NCBI GenBank assembly: GCA_026023565.1
Contig: JAPETS010000043.1
Coordinates: forward strand, 1-64,000
Origin: Cirrosporium novae-zelandiae
Taxonomy: Eukaryota
DNA: 64,000 nt
Reading direction: 5' to 3'
Each line of letters opens with the position of its first letter. The first letter of the stretch is position 1. The translations under genes and the position numbers were made by a program. The notes beneath the pieces are model-generated. The model had not been told where the DNA came from. It did not search any database and was given only the letters and a program-made list of their open reading frames with translations. Shown one piece after another: positions 60,843 to 64,000 of this stretch.

Positions 60843-62898
60843 ATGGCTTATGAGCCACGAGGTGATCGCGACTTTCATGGAGGGCATGGCGGCGGCGGAC
60901 AGTTTGAAGGGAGCTTTAGAACAAGATCACGAAGTTAGTACATGCGCCTCATATTGTATGATATACTGCTCTATCATATCATAAGCTAACAATCTTCGCA
61001 GGACCGGTTACCGACTATGGCACCTCATTGGTTCAATGGACGCTGAACCGTGGTCCAAGATATAAAGGGACCCAGCATATGGAAACCGAAAGGCCAAGTG
61101 TGAGCTATGTGGTAGATGTATGTAATGTTTGGGAGAAGTTGTCGCGACTACAAAAAGTCTAATACTAATACCAAGATTAGATGACCCTGCCAGCTGCCAG
61201 GCTTAATAACCCAGCCGACACGATACCGGCCCGGCATCTTCATTCCTCCCTCAATAAGATAAAGCATCCCGTGAACGTCGTTTTATGGACACCAGAGGGC
61301 CGAAGACTGCTTACTGGATCTAGTAGCGGGGAGTTCACTTTATGGAATGGCGTAGCCTTTAATTTCGAGACCATCATGCAGGTATAAGCTCCAGTGGATT
61401 GAATTATTTGGAGAAAAATAACTAATATGAAGACAAGGCGCACGATACCGCTGTTAGAGCAGCTTCATGGTCTCATAACGACGATTGGCTTGTTTCTGCC
61501 GACCAAGAAGGCATTGTAAAATACTGGCAACCAAATTTTAACAATGTCAAAGCTATTCAGGCACATAACGATGCAATCCGTGACTTAGCCTTCGCCCCTA
61601 CTGATTCTAAGTTTGTAACCGCTTGCGATGATGCTTCTCTCAAGATATTTGATTTTGCGGGAGGAATTGAAGAGTCGACTCTTACTGGTCACAACTGGGA
61701 TGTCAAATCGGTAGATTGGCATCCTACTAAAGGTCTACTAGTGTCCGGGTCGAAGGACCATCAGGTTAAACTATGGGATCCTAGAACTGGAAGGTGTTTA
61801 ACGACCCTTCACGGACACAAGAATACAATCTCAAAAACCGTATTTGAGCCAAACCGTGGACAACTCTTGGCTACATGTGCTCGAGATCAAACCGCACGTG
61901 TATTTGACCTTCGGATGATGAGAGATGTCTGTCTTCTCAGGGGTCATGAAAAGGATATTTCGACTCTGACATGGCACCCGATCCATGTGTCACTGCTTAC
62001 AACCGGAGGCTCGGATGGAAGTATATATCATTACCTCCTTGATGAGCCAAATGCTCCTCCTGGGAACGCCGTCTCGGTATCACCATATGATACCTCAGAT
62101 CCTGCCAACGCCCCAGCACAAACAATTTACCCCGCTCACAAAGTTCAATATGCCCATGATTTCGCCGTTTGGTCGCTGGCTTGGCATCCTCTTGGCCATA
62201 TTCTTGCTTCAGGGTCGAATGACCGCGTTACGCGGTTTTGGAGTCGTCCAAGGCCTGGAGAAACTGAGTGCTTTAATGATCGCTATCATCTAGGTGAGGC
62301 CGCTGCAGAAGCCCAAGGAACCTGGGATCGAAGAGGAGGTCGCAAGCAAATGCGAGAGGAGGAAGAACGGGAGATGGAAGATGAAGCCGATGGTCTAGTC
62401 GACCAGAAGATGCCAGCTAAACAACCGAATTTGCCTGGAATCCCAGGGCTGCCTGGGCTATCTGTTTCAAACACATTTAATGATGGGACGAGCATCGGGG
62501 GTGCTCAAAACCATATACCAGGGATGGGAACTATTGGCATTCCAAATCCGCCCAACGGGCTTCCCGGTCTAGGTGCATTTCAAGGCATGGATCCAACTAG
62601 ACTTGCAGCCATGCTTAGTTCAGGCCAGCTTCAATCGCCTATCCAAGCCCCTGTATCGGGTTTCATGCCGCCTGGGATTGGGGTTCAAAACACCTACCCT
62701 ATGATGCCCGCAGCTCCATTACAAGGTGCACAATTTCAGATTCCTAGTTTCAATCCTACCCCAGTAACCAATGAAGGTGGGATTCCGGGAATTGGGGGAG
62801 AAGGAGGAGCTGGTGTTAGACGAAGGGCTCCTCTCCCAAGCCAACATGAAAGTTTAATGCAAGAACAGAAAAGAGGGAATTACCGAACTATTCGATGA
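60843..62898 (+). CDS. PFS2: Polyadenylation factor subunit 2 (Pfs2/WDR33), WD40 protein
   Basis: Introns 60934-61001, 61118-61180, 61382-61437. Motifs [53 protein letters not shown] and [25 protein letters not shown]. Confidence 0.95.
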
Positions 62899-63587
62899 TA
62901 TACCAATTATGTTTAATAGAGGATTGATATTGGGCGTTATAATGAGTGAGTAACAGTAGCTTTGTGTGTAACGGATGGCAACCTCGGCTGGGAAAGGGGC
63001 AGGAATGATAACGATACACTAAAAGACGAATCAATAAATAATTCGAAGGTGGTTCTTTCATCTGATCTGGACACTCAAGGCTGGGCCAGTGTCCTCGCGC
63101 TTCTAATGAAAACCTGCTTCATGGCACTCCTTATTCAGAAATAATTAAACACTCCAGTGCAAGACATGAAAAACTAGGGCCAAGGAGAGTTCGTGAAGCT
63201 AGTGGGGTATATTGATATCTCTACCTAGATGTTATATTATGGCTCGTCGGCGATTAAGCGATGACATCGTTGTTACCAACTAATAAAACATTTATCATCG
63301 ACACTGATCAGACAATGTTGTTGGCCGCTAAGTAGCCCAGATTTAAATTCCAATTTTCATGCCAGCCTTTCTTGCACTGACCAACTCCATCCGCTTGCCC
63401 ACTTCCCCATAGCAAGAAACCTTTCCATCGCTGTCCTGGACTGTATATAACAACAGTCCTATAAATACACTATTCTCACTATTACTTGTTTCTAATTCAA
63501 GAGGCTAGTCTATTAAAATCATTCGACACACATGCTTCAATATTGTTATCCTTGTTGCTAGCAACCTTTTATACCGACGTGACCGCT

Positions 63588-64000
63588 ATGAAAACTCCGA
63601 ACATCCTACTAAAATACTTTGTGGAGGTAAATGACGTTCCTGAAATGGGAAAAGGATTAACTCTACTGAAAGACGTTTCTGCGGGCACCTGCCTCATCAT
63701 GGAAAGACCCATTTTCACTGCCATCGATCTAGGGATGTCAGAGATGGATGAGAACTTGCTAAAGCTACTTAAGGGCAAACTCAATGGTCTTACTAAGGGA
63801 GACGGCGAGGACAAACAATTTGGCAAAGCAATGCAGCGTGCCTTCTTACAGCTGCAAAATTGCCGTCAAGACCCTAGGGAGAAAATAAACCCAATTGTCG
63901 GAACCTGGCTTACCAACAACATTACCATTTCTACTGGATGCATTGGCAACGATTTTGTTCTCCACAAGGGGGTTTTTGAGGTTACAAGCCGCATTAATCA
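63588..64000 (+). CDS. SET-domain protein (Set5/SMYD-like), truncated by the window end
   Basis: Open frame to the edge: VPEMGKGLTLLKDVSAGTCLIMERPIF...AFLQLQN...GVFEVTSRIN(H), matching SET motifs GxGL...G..I..E.P and SRINH(SC). Confidence 0.8.
   Translation, partial: MKTPNILLKYFVEVNDVPEMGKGLTLLKDVSAGTCLIMERPIFTAIDLGMSEMDENLLKLLKGKLNGLTKGDGEDKQFGKAMQRAFLQLQNCRQDPREKINPIVGTWLTNNITISTGCIGNDFVLHKGVFEVTSRIN

Overview
This is eukaryotic DNA from a filamentous ascomycete (Pezizomycotina), judged from short GT-AG introns with CTAAC-type branch points, fungal housekeeping orthologues and RIP-type mutation. The window has two sharply separated compartments. (1) Positions 1-~24020 form a very AT-rich block of repeats destroyed by C-to-T/G-to-A transitions. 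It resolves by eye into a nested stack: a minus-strand Ty3/Gypsy LTR retrotransposon whose 5' LTR was hit twice by a Tad1-like LINE, one of those LINEs carrying an antiparallel full-length LINE, which in turn carries a solo LTR. Four target-site duplications (TSDs) are still readable. (2) Positions ~24270-64000 form a gene-dense block of 17 apparently intact genes plus one pseudogene. In order: TMEM170-like, PEX8, a 701-aa orphan membrane protein, mL40/MRPL28, RHO2, NST1, RING-CH E3 ligase, NAPE-PLD/FMP30-like, BCS1, F-box-like/TPR protein, sugar porter, STE14, a stop-riddled pseudogene, sugar O-acetyltransferase, MAPEG GST, DGAT1-type MBOAT, PFS2 and a truncated SET-domain gene. I found no tRNA, rRNA or CRISPR array. 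I cannot support a claim of a wholly new multi-gene system. The best leads are the CpG-sparing, run-eroding RIP signature, the reconstructable transposon nest, the pseudogene with transition-type stops, a stop-interrupted mitochondrial presequence, RHO2-NST1 linkage and two uncharacterised proteins. All family calls come from motif recognition by eye, not from database searches.
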